Shown: positions 28,264 to 38,013 of the stretch, piece by piece
Layout: each line of letters opens with the position of its first letter
Position numbering within the stretch: position 1 is the first letter of the stretch
Virus record (IMG/VR): IMGVR_UViG_3300034072_000758
Coordinates: 62,001-126,000 of that record
Reading direction: 5' to 3' (one strand)
Length of the DNA stretch: 64,000 nt
Made by a program: the position numbers and the translations under genes
The notes under the pieces: model-generated
What the model was told of the DNA's origin: nothing
Databases searched by the model: none
What the model saw: the letters and a program-made list of their open reading frames with translations, nothing else

Positions 28264-28905
28264 TCATTCGTCATTATCGTGTTCATATAGAATAATGTCT
28301 TTTAGTATTGTGTTTTTCATATCAGCAAATACTTCGTCATCGCTTCCATATCCATCCCATATATCTGTTAATAATGAGTATAGTTCTCTGGCTATTGGGC
28401 TTTTTGGTGATCTCTGTAAAAAATACTTAAGTCCATTCATAGACCACAATATATTCCTTTCTGGTATTTCTACGGCATAAACAATAATTATACTTTTCAA
28501 GTCCTCTAATAGTGTTGAGCCATCATGAATGAAGTCATTTACGTCATGTACCATGTAGTGTAATTGACCTCTAATAAAATTATGAACATTATCTATGTCT
28601 GTTGTGAAACCTTGAAGACCAGTCATATCAAATCGAGAATGTTCTTTTAAATGCTTATATAATTCCGATACCGTCTGATAATTATTTTTATCTTCATCGG
28701 TGATCTCGTGAAATATCCCACGATAGTAGATACTATGGCCTTTTGTCTCTTCATATCCATGATCTCTAATTACTCTGGCTACATCATTCATATCGCCTTC
28801 GTAATTATTATCCCTTATATAATGAACCAAAATTTCTAGGGCCTCATCCAAAGACATACCAGTATGTTCTTTTAAAAGAACCTTATATTTTTTAAACCAA
28901 TCCAT
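28264..28905 (-). CDS. Putative ADP-ribosyltransferase-fold protein (R-S-E type)
   Basis: IYYRGI...QGFTTDID...YAVEIP...SDDEVF spacing resembles the ART R/STS/ExE motifs. TATAAATA at 28911-28918 (-). Confidence 0.5.
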   Translation of the reverse strand: MDWFKKYKVLLKEHTGMSLDEALEILVHYIRDNNYEGDMNDVARVIRDHGYEETKGHSIYYRGIFHEITDEDKNNYQTVSELYKHLKEHSRFDMTGLQGFTTDIDNVHNFIRGQLHYMVHDVNDFIHDGSTLLEDLKSIIIVYAVEIPERNILWSMNGLKYFLQRSPKSPIARELYSLLTDIWDGYGSDDEVFADMKNTILKDIILYEHDNDE

Positions 28906-28986
28906 AATTTTATTTATAAAAAGCCTCGGTGAAAGTGGGGGACTATCATGCTAATATTCTAGTGATCAGATCACATAAATATGGGT

Positions 28987-29565
28987 ATGCGTTATTTTGA
29001 GTTATTCGAATCCGAACTCCCTATGGATCAAGAGTCTCGTATGGCTAGAGCCAAGCAGATGGGATTCAACACGAGAGCTTATCATGGAACTAATTCTGAC
29101 ATAGACGAGTTCTCTCTTGATAAAACCAAAACCAATATCATGACAGGTCATGGTTTCCATTTCGCGGATAACTCTAAAGAAGCAAGTGGATATGCCAAGC
29201 AGCTTAAAGGCGCAGGGCGCAATGTTCTTCCTGTCTTACTGAGAATCAGAAAAGCATTTGTCGTAGGTATAGACGCACAGAATTACGATAATTATAAATG
29301 GATAAACAATACCTATGAGGAATTGGGTAAATCTGCTAATTTATCGGGAAGCATCTGGGATCAGAACAATCAGAAGATCATTTGGAAAATGGTTTACGAT
29401 AAGCTAGAGGGGATGGGGTACGATTGCATTTATTGGGAGAAAACCCCCGCCGATTTTATGAAGGGGCATTATAATAAGATCGTTATGTTCAACCCAAAAA
29501 ATATTCGTTCGATTTTTGCTAAGTTCGACCCATCTAAGAGTAATTCCGCGAATATCAATGATTAA
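28987..29565 (+). CDS. ART-PolyVal-like ADP-ribosyltransferase domain protein
   Basis: MDQESRMARAKQMGF, AYHGT, GHGFHFADNSKEASGY, NVLPVLL, IVMFNPKNIRSIFAKFDP. ATAAATA at 28975-28981, so the start is moved to the second ATG. Confidence 0.75.
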   Translation: MRYFELFESELPMDQESRMARAKQMGFNTRAYHGTNSDIDEFSLDKTKTNIMTGHGFHFADNSKEASGYAKQLKGAGRNVLPVLLRIRKAFVVGIDAQNYDNYKWINNTYEELGKSANLSGSIWDQNNQKIIWKMVYDKLEGMGYDCIYWEKTPADFMKGHYNKIVMFNPKNIRSIFAKFDPSKSNSANIND

Positions 29566-29596
29566 AAAAAGCCCCGGTTTTCCGGGGCTTTTTGTT
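29564..29596. terminator. Bidirectional intrinsic terminator
   Basis: AAAAAAAGCCCCGG-TTTT-CCGGGGCTTTTT. Confidence 0.85.
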
Positions 29597-30044
29597 AGGC
29601 GACCTTGGTATTGAGGGCGACTATATAGGCTTCGAGAGCCTTAACATCATCGGGCTTGAGCTTTTTGGGTTCATGGAACCCGGTGATCATGTATTCGGTA
29701 TTGTAGGTCGTTTCGGGGATCACTCCACCATTTTCCACGACTTCGACCGTAAAGTCTGCGAAGGACTTGCGTTCCATCATTCCTTCGAGGTCCGATTGAT
29801 AGGTGTCGAAGTACAGATTTACCAGATCGAGACCACCGAAGATACTGCCGCGCGCGAACTTCTGCTTTGTGGTCAGGCCGATCTTGTAGCCTTCCTGAGC
29901 CTTGTATCGGCGTTCATCGATCACACACTCGACGGAGAAATCGATCTTTGCGCCATGACAGAAGAATTGGATAGGAACCATGAAGCGAAGATTCTTGGTT
30001 CCGTGTTCCTTAGCCAGAGCGGCGAGTTTGATGCGATCAGTCAT
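29595..30044 (-). CDS. Hypothetical protein
   Basis: GGAGA RBS; promoter TTGACA-N16-TAGGAT at 30104-30077. Confidence 0.65.
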   Translation of the reverse strand: MTDRIKLAALAKEHGTKNLRFMVPIQFFCHGAKIDFSVECVIDERRYKAQEGYKIGLTTKQKFARGSIFGGLDLVNLYFDTYQSDLEGMMERKSFADFTVEVVENGGVIPETTYNTEYMITGFHEPKKLKPDDVKALEAYIVALNTKVA

Positions 30045-30168
30045 ATTGTATCTCCGTTTAAATTAAAATGTAGATCATCCTACCACATACTTGGTTCCTG
30101 TCAAGTATATTAAAATTGAAATGTGGTTAATAAAATGATAGACTGCCTTCAATAGTGCGAGTTGTGTA

Positions 30169-30666
30169 ATGAAAGTTCTGGTTTTAGACATCGAAGGGGA
30201 TGGGCTGTATCCGTCCGAAATCCATATGCTAGGCGTATTGGATTATGTCACCGATGAATTTACCAACTATAATGGTGACGCAATAGCAGATGGTCTTTGT
30301 GAAATAGATGAATGCGATATTCTGCTGGTTTACAATAAAGACTACGACATTAAGCACATAAAACGTCTGACTGAAAATGTTGTCTCGTTCAAAGAAGTTG
30401 TCATTATTGACGTTCTTGAACTCAGCCGCAAATATGTAAAATTTTTACCTAATAACAAGTTAAAGACTTGGGGTGATTATTTTGATTTTCCTAAAGGTGA
30501 TCATAATGACTGGTCAAAATACTCTCCCGAAATGGGAGTATATTGCGAGCGTGATTGTAGATTAACCAAAAAAGTATTTGACTTCATTTGCGAAATGCTG
30601 CTACCGTCCAAAGACATTTTGTTAGAGGCAATTGAAGATGCTCAGAGAAAACGCCAAATTCTATGA
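30169..30666 (+). CDS. Stand-alone DEDDy 3'-5' exonuclease (PolA/T7 gp5 proofreading-domain-like)
   Basis: LVLDIEGDGL, VYNKDYDI, IIDVLELSR, LKTWG, YCERDCRLT. Confidence 0.75.
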   Translation: MKVLVLDIEGDGLYPSEIHMLGVLDYVTDEFTNYNGDAIADGLCEIDECDILLVYNKDYDIKHIKRLTENVVSFKEVVIIDVLELSRKYVKFLPNNKLKTWGDYFDFPKGDHNDWSKYSPEMGVYCERDCRLTKKVFDFICEMLLPSKDILLEAIEDAQRKRQIL

Positions 30667-31723
30667 TTACGATGATGTGTTGATTCTTCCAAAGAAATCA
30701 AGTTTCACGTCACGTAAAGATGCTGTCGTTACCCGAAAGTTTAAAACAAAACATTCGGGTGTTACTTTCTCCGGTGTCCCAATCATCGCCGCAAATATGG
30801 ACACGACTGGCACTCTTGGGATTGCCGCCGCGCTCCAAAAAGAAAAAATGTTCACGGCACTCCACAAATATTACACCGCAGACGAAATTATCAATGCTGC
30901 TACCAAGGGTGTATCTTGGAGTTTCGATGAAGGTTATCATGGCGACAAGCTCAACAAAGACTACATTTTCTTATCCATCGGCTTTTCCGAGGACGAGTTC
31001 GATAAGATCGAAAAGGTTCAACAAACCTTGGGTTATCATCCGCACATTTGCGTCGATGTTGCCAATGGTTATACCGAAGCATATATCGAGTTCCTGACCA
31101 AGGTTCGTGAGAAGTTTTATAACTCGGTCATTATGGCTGGGAACGTTGCTACCCCCGATATTATCCCAGATTATGATGCGGCTGGGGTTGACATTATTAA
31201 GATCGGCATCGGGCCGGGAAACTTCTGTCGCACCCGCACGACTGCTGGGGTCGGTGTACCTCAATTGACAGCGGTTATGGAAACCGCCGCCAAAGCCGAT
31301 CTTCATGGGATCATGATCTGTGCTGATGGTGGGGTAAACGAATATTGCGACTTTGCTAAAGCACTGATTGGTGGTGCTGATATGGTCATGGCTGGAAGCA
31401 TGTTCGCCGCGCATGATGAGTCTGGTGGTGATGTGATTGAAGAAAATGGCGTCCGCAAAGTGCTGACATACGGAATGTCATCCGAACACGCCATGAAGAA
31501 GTACGCCGGGGAAGTGAATGCTTATCGCGCGTCCGAGGGTCGTACTGTCGCGGTTCCCCACAAAGGCCCTGTAGCCAACACAGTGCGGAACATCTTGGGT
31601 AGCTTGAGAAGCACTATGACTTACACCAACAGCCACAAAATAACTGATCTTCCACAAGCCGAAATGATCGTTGTTAATCGCACGATCAATAAGGCGCATG
31701 TCCAGAACACGGTTGGAATCTAA
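30632..31723 (+). CDS. guaC: GMP reductase (probable start ATG 30640)
   Basis: YDDVLILPK, PIIAANMDT, ICVDVANGY, MAGNVAT, KIGIGPG..C.TR, CADGG, YGMSS, YRASEGRTV. Confidence 0.92.
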   Translation: MKMLRENAKFYDYDDVLILPKKSSFTSRKDAVVTRKFKTKHSGVTFSGVPIIAANMDTTGTLGIAAALQKEKMFTALHKYYTADEIINAATKGVSWSFDEGYHGDKLNKDYIFLSIGFSEDEFDKIEKVQQTLGYHPHICVDVANGYTEAYIEFLTKVREKFYNSVIMAGNVATPDIIPDYDAAGVDIIKIGIGPGNFCRTRTTAGVGVPQLTAVMETAAKADLHGIMICADGGVNEYCDFAKALIGGADMVMAGSMFAAHDESGGDVIEENGVRKVLTYGMSSEHAMKKYAGEVNAYRASEGRTVAVPHKGPVANTVRNILGSLRSTMTYTNSHKITDLPQAEMIVVNRTINKAHVQNTVGI

Positions 31724-31989
31724 TGAAATCCAAATTCATTTCGGTTTGTAAGAACGTCATCGGAACAAACAATAAGACGATCCGAGAAGGTCTGGATCGC
31801 CCAATTATCCCGCCCATTCGTATTCAAAATGGAAAGTCGGGTGATAAGGTGACCTGTAACACCGCTGTATTGCGTGATTCTCATGGTGAGATCATTGGGA
31901 AGATACACTATCAGCCGGACAAAGCGATCATCAATTCTGGGGCCAAAGTCGTCATCGAATATTTCGGTGATATTGAGGTAGTAGATTAA
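31723..31989 (+). CDS. Hypothetical phage protein
   Basis: 88-aa ORF coupled to guaC (TAATG overlap). Confidence 0.6.
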   Translation: MKSKFISVCKNVIGTNNKTIREGLDRPIIPPIRIQNGKSGDKVTCNTAVLRDSHGEIIGKIHYQPDKAIINSGAKVVIEYFGDIEVVD

Positions 31990-32528
31990 GCTTCTGGGTT
32001 TTCTTTAGCGGCTTTTCTCGCAGCCATTTCGGCTCGCACCTCGATTTTTGATCTCATACCCAATCTCTTTCGAATCACTTCTTCATCTTGAAGCTGAATA
32101 TATGGTTGTGGATCATAACCCCATTCTTCGAGAGAATCGCCGTCCGTGTATATGTCTCTAGCAAAAACTTGCTTAGATATAATGCGGAAATTGTTATTCA
32201 AATGTGCTTCGCCATGCTCTTTGGCGTATGCTTTTGAAATAGTCACCCAATCGCCTTTATTAATAGGCGCTTTTATATCTTTGGGAATGGCGCGATAAAT
32301 TCTGATCATCTTATTCGGACGGCCTTTACAATCCATTACTAAAGAAAAAGCCCCAGCCGCGTCCTGACCATAATAGCGGTATCCGTTTGAACTATAAACA
32401 TCCGCTGGATACGTGCCGTTAGCCGTCAAATCATATAACGGTGAACCACTTATTTTGTCAGCGGCTCCATGCTCTCCACGATAATCTTCTTGGGAATTTT
32501 CGAGAATTATATTGATAATGTCACGCAT
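31986..32528 (-). CDS. Putative ADP-ribosyltransferase-fold protein (polyvalent-protein type domain)
   Basis: IRIYRAIP...INKGDWVTISKAYAKEHG...DGDSLEEWGY. ATAAATA at 32534-32540 (-). N-terminus MRDIINIILE. Confidence 0.6.
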   Translation of the reverse strand: MRDIINIILENSQEDYRGEHGAADKISGSPLYDLTANGTYPADVYSSNGYRYYGQDAAGAFSLVMDCKGRPNKMIRIYRAIPKDIKAPINKGDWVTISKAYAKEHGEAHLNNNFRIISKQVFARDIYTDGDSLEEWGYDPQPYIQLQDEEVIRKRLGMRSKIEVRAEMAARKAAKENPEA

Positions 32529-32589
32529 GATTATATTTATTGCGATTGACCATTATATCTGATAACGTTCTCCGAAATGGAGACACTTT

Positions 32590-32838
32590 ATGATCGAATT
32601 TCTCGATAAGTCTGGTGAATGGCAGGAGCTTTATGGTCACGGTTGTAAGACCGTTGATGACGCTCATCAGTATGTCAGTCTGTTGGGAAGAGACGGTCGT
32701 ATGCGTGTTAAGGGCGAGCAAGCCCCGTTCCCGCTCGTAGAGGCCGTAGTGCCACCGCTGTTGTCTACGGAGGCAACCCCTGAACAAAAAGCGCTCGCGC
32801 AACAATTCCTTAAAGATGTGTTGAAGGACATGAAATGA
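32590..32838 (+). CDS. Hypothetical protein
   Basis: GGAGA RBS; overlaps the next gene by 4 nt. Confidence 0.6.
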   Translation: MIEFLDKSGEWQELYGHGCKTVDDAHQYVSLLGRDGRMRVKGEQAPFPLVEAVVPPLLSTEATPEQKALAQQFLKDVLKDMK

Positions 32839-33104
32839 CTGTCGCGCATATCTACGAATATGACTCGTCTAAAACCAACCTGTCTATTAAGGTCGGTGAT
32901 CTGGAACGATTTCATTTTCACGTACTGCCCCGCGCGAATGAGGTCATTTATCTCAGGGATGATATGCGGTACTTGGTACTGGAAGTTATTCACACCGGCA
33001 TCAATGATTATCAAGAGGGTGTAACCCCACCCGACGCCTCAGTTGTTCTACTGATTTGCCGTAAGGTGGGGAGTTCTCCGCATTACGTATCGATTGGGTT
33101 TTAA
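32835..33104 (+). CDS. Hypothetical protein
   Basis: ATGA overlap with the previous gene. Confidence 0.55.
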   Translation: MTVAHIYEYDSSKTNLSIKVGDLERFHFHVLPRANEVIYLRDDMRYLVLEVIHTGINDYQEGVTPPDASVVLLICRKVGSSPHYVSIGF

Positions 33105-36022
33105 CCTAATCTGCGCTTGAGGTCTTCGACTTCTGCCTTAAGATCAAGCACGATGTCTTTCAACTCCTTGATCGCTTCGATAGTCAAACCGTTCATCTGG
33201 CCATAGTTGACGGCCTTTAGACCCGAAGGTGTGGTGATAACCAATTCTGGCGCTACAAGTTCAACATCTTGAGCTATTACGCCCAACTGACGTGGTTCAT
33301 TCGGAAGATCGATTCTGGTGTAAGTATAACCAGTGATCGCCGACACTTTATCCAAAGCATTTGAGATACGTTCCAGATCAGACTTGATCCGCATATCCGA
33401 CGCTTCGGTCAAAGTTCCTTTGATCCATACGTTACCGGTATCTGCTTCGATTTTAGTTACGTAGGAAGTTGAATTACCAACATAAACAGCAACGTTAGTT
33501 CTGGTATATTCATCCTGAAAACGATTAGCCATGTTTCCAGACCAACCCGGATTCAAATATAAATCCGATGCCGGTTCAATGGCAACCATGTCGGATACGC
33601 TAGTCATATCTTCGAGAAGCATGGAAACGCTATTTTGATAATAGCGAGCGTCATTGGTGGAACCGATACGCAGACATGACCATTCGTGTTGTGAAGATAA
33701 CACGGAATTTGCTTGAGCCGCTACTACGGAATAATTTGCCAAAATAGCTTGGAATGATGGAGCGTGAAGGGGCGCATAGTGGAAATTGTTGGTGTCATAG
33801 GTAATGAAACCCGCGTCACCAAAACCGTTCGCTTGGTTCGCTGGAAGCTGTTCAAAGATCAAGCTATGATTGGCGTCGATACGCATATCCGAGTTCGGAA
33901 GATTGAACGAACCACCATGAAGGTTGAAGTCACCATAGAAGTGAGCATCGCCCTGAACGCCGATATTACCCTTGGTGTCGATGTCGCCGGTCGCAGCATG
34001 GATTGTTACCACGTTTTCGATGGCATTACCTATGATGACGCGAGCATTTGCTTTAGCCGCAATTCTGGTTACCGGGTTTACTTGCTCCTGTCCGCCCCCA
34101 GAATGCCCCGGATTGAGATAGAGGCTCGCCGCTGGTTCCAAAGCCATCGAGTCGTTATTAACGCCATTTTCCGGGTCATTGGTAACGAAGATACGCAACA
34201 AACCAAATTCGATGTTTCCGAGGTTAGACGCGGCCCAAGACGTGTAGCTGTTTGCCATATGTGCTGCGTTTGCCGAAACTCTCTTACGAGCTTGAGACGG
34301 CGTGAGAGCACCGTTCGCACTCATTTCTTCGGTAATCGCATTATTAACGGCAGCATACAGAGTCGCATTCAGGAACGCATAGTCGAGATTTGTGCTTTCA
34401 AATACGATCCCGGCTCCATCATACCCACCGACTTGATTTGGAATGCCTTGGAATAGCAAGAAGTGATCAGCGTCAACAATCACGTTCGAATCTGGGAAGC
34501 GAACGATAGTGTTGGACATGTCGAAGAACCCATCCACCGTAGTTAGAATACGTGTATTAGCAAGAGAACCAAGTGTATCCAGATCGAGGAATGCTCCCTT
34601 ACCGGAAGTATTTGAAATGAACGCTATGCTGTTACCAACAGTTTGAATGCGCCAATCCCAATCCTCATTAGAAGCGTTCTTGAAATCAATAAATGGTCCT
34701 TCTACCGGATCATCGCTATAGAGATCGATACCACCAGCATTGAGGTATGTTGTTTTTCCAACACCATTGATAACCAGCCCCCCGGTCATCGTATCGCCCG
34801 CGCGCAGAATATACGCGGAACCATCCATACCAGCAAATGTTACCGACTCGAAATCACCGAGAACATCATTATAGGCATTGAACACAACGGCGTTTGGTAT
34901 AGTAGTATCCAACCAAATAGACCCGTTAGACAAGCGGATGCCATTTGATGAATCCTCAACCGGCTCGGATGGAGATATGAATGTTCTTGTATAAGTGTTA
35001 TCGATGTAATTGATGCGTAAATCTTGGCTATCAACACGTCCGGTCAACAATGAAACATTGCTCTCAGTCGCCCCAAGTCGATTATTAATCGCTATCAACG
35101 TGGCGTTCATGTAATTATCAACATTTTGGCGAGTATTTGCTTCGGCAGCAATAGCATTTGCCAGAAGCGAATAGTTCGTAACGGTCGAATTGATCTGAGC
35201 TTGAAGAATAGCATCATTCGCAATTCTTTGTGAACGCTCAGTTACCAAATCACTTGAAATGTTATTTACTGTATCGCCTAAAATGTTTACTGAGTTCTGG
35301 ACGTTCGTGATATTGATGTTCAACGCCGCATCACCGAGGACACGCGCATTAGTCTCTGCAATCAATTCGTTTGATAGGTTATTAATCGCATTCTGATAAT
35401 CAGGCCCACCGGTCGCATTAGACACCGCGTTTGACAGATCATTGATTTGAAGTTGAAGATTATTATCCCCTGAAATACGAGCTTGAACCTCAGTGTCTAA
35501 ATCAGTATCAAGTTGATTTACTGTGTTTGTAAGCGAGTTGATTTGAGTTTGAACGTTAGAGTTTACTGTGCTCAAACGAGAGTTCAGATATTCAAGATTG
35601 ACAACATCAGTATTCGCTACTGGAAGTGTAGCAACTGTAAGTTTGTTGCTTACATACAAATCCGTGAGATTAACAGAACCGTTAGCGTTATAAGATACAA
35701 CGCCTCTCCAACCAGTATTGTAATATTCAAGATTGCTGGTGGCGGAGTTGTAACGAATTAATCCAGCCCCGGTCGCAGTCGTGTTGACAGGCAGCTTGAA
35801 GCTGTTGTTTATGAACGATGTGGTAAGTTGAATCTGACCAGTAGACAGCACAGCGCTCTGGATAGACAATATAGAACTGTTACCCGTGGCAGCGACTTGT
35901 AAATTCTCAATAGCAGTCTTAATAATCGAGAAGTTGTCTCTGAATTTTTGAGACGACTGCTTGATATTAGCTACCGGATAATTCTTGTCGTAAGAGAGGC
36001 TTGAACCTGTATCAATACTCAT
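33101..36022 (-). CDS. Tail fibre protein with C-terminal intramolecular chaperone (peptidase S74)
   Basis: Coiled-coil N-half; C-terminal SDMRIKSD...ALDKV..ITGYTY...GVIAQDVE.VAPELV...VNYG...IEAIKEL. ATAAATA at 36047-36053 (-). Confidence 0.85.
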   Translation of the reverse strand: MSIDTGSSLSYDKNYPVANIKQSSQKFRDNFSIIKTAIENLQVAATGNSSILSIQSAVLSTGQIQLTTSFINNSFKLPVNTTATGAGLIRYNSATSNLEYYNTGWRGVVSYNANGSVNLTDLYVSNKLTVATLPVANTDVVNLEYLNSRLSTVNSNVQTQINSLTNTVNQLDTDLDTEVQARISGDNNLQLQINDLSNAVSNATGGPDYQNAINNLSNELIAETNARVLGDAALNINITNVQNSVNILGDTVNNISSDLVTERSQRIANDAILQAQINSTVTNYSLLANAIAAEANTRQNVDNYMNATLIAINNRLGATESNVSLLTGRVDSQDLRINYIDNTYTRTFISPSEPVEDSSNGIRLSNGSIWLDTTIPNAVVFNAYNDVLGDFESVTFAGMDGSAYILRAGDTMTGGLVINGVGKTTYLNAGGIDLYSDDPVEGPFIDFKNASNEDWDWRIQTVGNSIAFISNTSGKGAFLDLDTLGSLANTRILTTVDGFFDMSNTIVRFPDSNVIVDADHFLLFQGIPNQVGGYDGAGIVFESTNLDYAFLNATLYAAVNNAITEEMSANGALTPSQARKRVSANAAHMANSYTSWAASNLGNIEFGLLRIFVTNDPENGVNNDSMALEPAASLYLNPGHSGGGQEQVNPVTRIAAKANARVIIGNAIENVVTIHAATGDIDTKGNIGVQGDAHFYGDFNLHGGSFNLPNSDMRIDANHSLIFEQLPANQANGFGDAGFITYDTNNFHYAPLHAPSFQAILANYSVVAAQANSVLSSQHEWSCLRIGSTNDARYYQNSVSMLLEDMTSVSDMVAIEPASDLYLNPGWSGNMANRFQDEYTRTNVAVYVGNSTSYVTKIEADTGNVWIKGTLTEASDMRIKSDLERISNALDKVSAITGYTYTRIDLPNEPRQLGVIAQDVELVAPELVITTPSGLKAVNYGQMNGLTIEAIKELKDIVLDLKAEVEDLKRRLG

Positions 36023-36041
36023 GTGTGTCCCTTTTATCGTA

Positions 36042-37985
36042 TTAATTATTTATGAATATTGTAAACCCGTTATAATACTCAATTTCGTCAAAAATGGTTT
36101 CAACTCCACCCGATTGATCATCAAATGTGGTGTCTTCATCGAACGTTGTAGCCGCCGATACTTCTTGAACTTCCAAGATGAAATTATAGGCATCAAACGA
36201 GAAGCCTCTTGATCTTGGGTTTTCATGATATGGGTCTTCCGTCGAATATGTAATATTATTGAGGACCAAATTGCCTTTATTTGGATGATAGTACCCCAGA
36301 ACGATGGCATAAGTCATCGCACCTTTGCTTCGCATCCATTGTGGAAGATTTTCGATCCCAGCTACGCCTTGAAGATATTTCAGGGACGCGGTGTCTGTTG
36401 GGAAGCCAAAATTGCGAATGGTTTCATATCGAATGTTGTTCAACGAAGTCTGATAAACACGCTGTCCATTGAAAACATTAGTAACCGCCGCTTCGCTCGG
36501 AACATCACCAATGACCGTATAACCACCGGCATCTTTATTTGGATCGATAACTTCGCGGTAAAGCACATCATAGACGTACACACCATTATGGTATACCTTT
36601 TCAACTTTATAGTCACCCAATAACAGTTTTATTGGAGCCTTATAGTTGGACGATTTTATTGTTGGGAGGAAGTTCGGACTTGGTGTCAAACCACCGACGA
36701 CATAGATATTCAAATCTTGTCTAAGGCCGAAATTACGGTCCCCCGGACGATACACATAATCAGACGGAGACAACCCAGCGATATAAGACGTAATTTTGGA
36801 AGCCGCCGACTTTAACAGAGGTACATGGAGAGACAACAGAGACGACGTGTTGTATCTTGTGATGACCGTAATTGAGAAATCTTTGTCAAGATAGCTATCT
36901 TCATTGACCAAAGCTCGAACAGTGAAGACCGTTGTTTGCGTCACACCATTGTGTGCGGCCAGTCCACGGATTTCCCCGGTGAGTTCATCTAATTCCAAAC
37001 CGGCAGGGAGAACGGAACCGTAGATCAATCTATAGCGCAGCGGTGTTCCGGTCGAGCTTGAGGCTGACAGGGAGAATGGTGATGGTTCATTTTCATTCAG
37101 GTTTCCAAGCTCACTCTGAGTATTCCAAGTGATTAGAACCAATGGAGCCAGTAGATCATCTGGTGGGCTAATTGTTATTCTAAAAATACGAACGTTATCT
37201 CCACCCACGTCATTACCGTTATAATCAAGAATGCGAAGCTTGAAATAGTAATCGCCTTTGACGTTGGTAGTTTCCACATACCCTGTCAAATTTTTACCCG
37301 ATATGACGATACCTTCTGGGAGATTGTTGAACGGAGGATCGGTATCCAAGAATGGAACAAGTTCGAGTTGAGCACTCAAACCGCTTGATTGGAAAATATC
37401 GATCTCTTTTTCATAAGGTACGCCGCGAGTAGTCTTACCCAGATCAACATACGAAAAAGAAACCGACCCATCGTTATAAATCTTTTGAGAATAATTACCC
37501 CAAGTTGGTGGCGTGACCGTTGTTGGGATAGGATTTACTTTTATTTGGAAACGACGATCTCTCGACTTCTTACCATTGCTTACGCGGACTGTAAAATCAT
37601 TCAGTAAAACGGTTGTGTTAAGATTCAACACTCGCCCACTAATTAAACCAGTGTTTGACAAACTCAAACCATTCGGGAGCACGTCATGAAGCATGGTGAA
37701 GTTCAGCGAATTGTTACTGGTCATATAGACCGCATCGTTGGCCTGAATAACGCTTTGCGCAGTTACGATACCATTGTTAACCAAGAAGGATGAGGTCTGA
37801 CCATTAATTTCTAAGCTCGCCACATTTGCGGCTTCATCAAACGGGAAGTAGGTAGAATTATCCACGCCCGTAAAAGACACGTCATCGATTGCCGTGAGTT
37901 GAATCGACACGACATCGTTTTCAGTAACGTTTGCGATTTGCCCCGCTGGGGTAATCCATTTTGGGGAGAAAAACACGGAATCCAT
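36042..37985 (-). CDS. Virion structural protein with Ig-like repeats (baseplate/fibre-associated)
   Basis: PKWITPAGQI, LPNGLSLSNTGLISG, LPAGLELDELTGEIRG repeats. CTAAATA at 37991-37997 (-); start corrected accordingly. Confidence 0.7.
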   Translation of the reverse strand: MDSVFFSPKWITPAGQIANVTENDVVSIQLTAIDDVSFTGVDNSTYFPFDEAANVASLEINGQTSSFLVNNGIVTAQSVIQANDAVYMTSNNSLNFTMLHDVLPNGLSLSNTGLISGRVLNLNTTVLLNDFTVRVSNGKKSRDRRFQIKVNPIPTTVTPPTWGNYSQKIYNDGSVSFSYVDLGKTTRGVPYEKEIDIFQSSGLSAQLELVPFLDTDPPFNNLPEGIVISGKNLTGYVETTNVKGDYYFKLRILDYNGNDVGGDNVRIFRITISPPDDLLAPLVLITWNTQSELGNLNENEPSPFSLSASSSTGTPLRYRLIYGSVLPAGLELDELTGEIRGLAAHNGVTQTTVFTVRALVNEDSYLDKDFSITVITRYNTSSLLSLHVPLLKSAASKITSYIAGLSPSDYVYRPGDRNFGLRQDLNIYVVGGLTPSPNFLPTIKSSNYKAPIKLLLGDYKVEKVYHNGVYVYDVLYREVIDPNKDAGGYTVIGDVPSEAAVTNVFNGQRVYQTSLNNIRYETIRNFGFPTDTASLKYLQGVAGIENLPQWMRSKGAMTYAIVLGYYHPNKGNLVLNNITYSTEDPYHENPRSRGFSFDAYNFILEVQEVSAATTFDEDTTFDDQSGGVETIFDEIEYYNGFTIFINN

Positions 37986-38013
37986 AGGAATATTTAGGCA
38001 GATAAATAACTCT

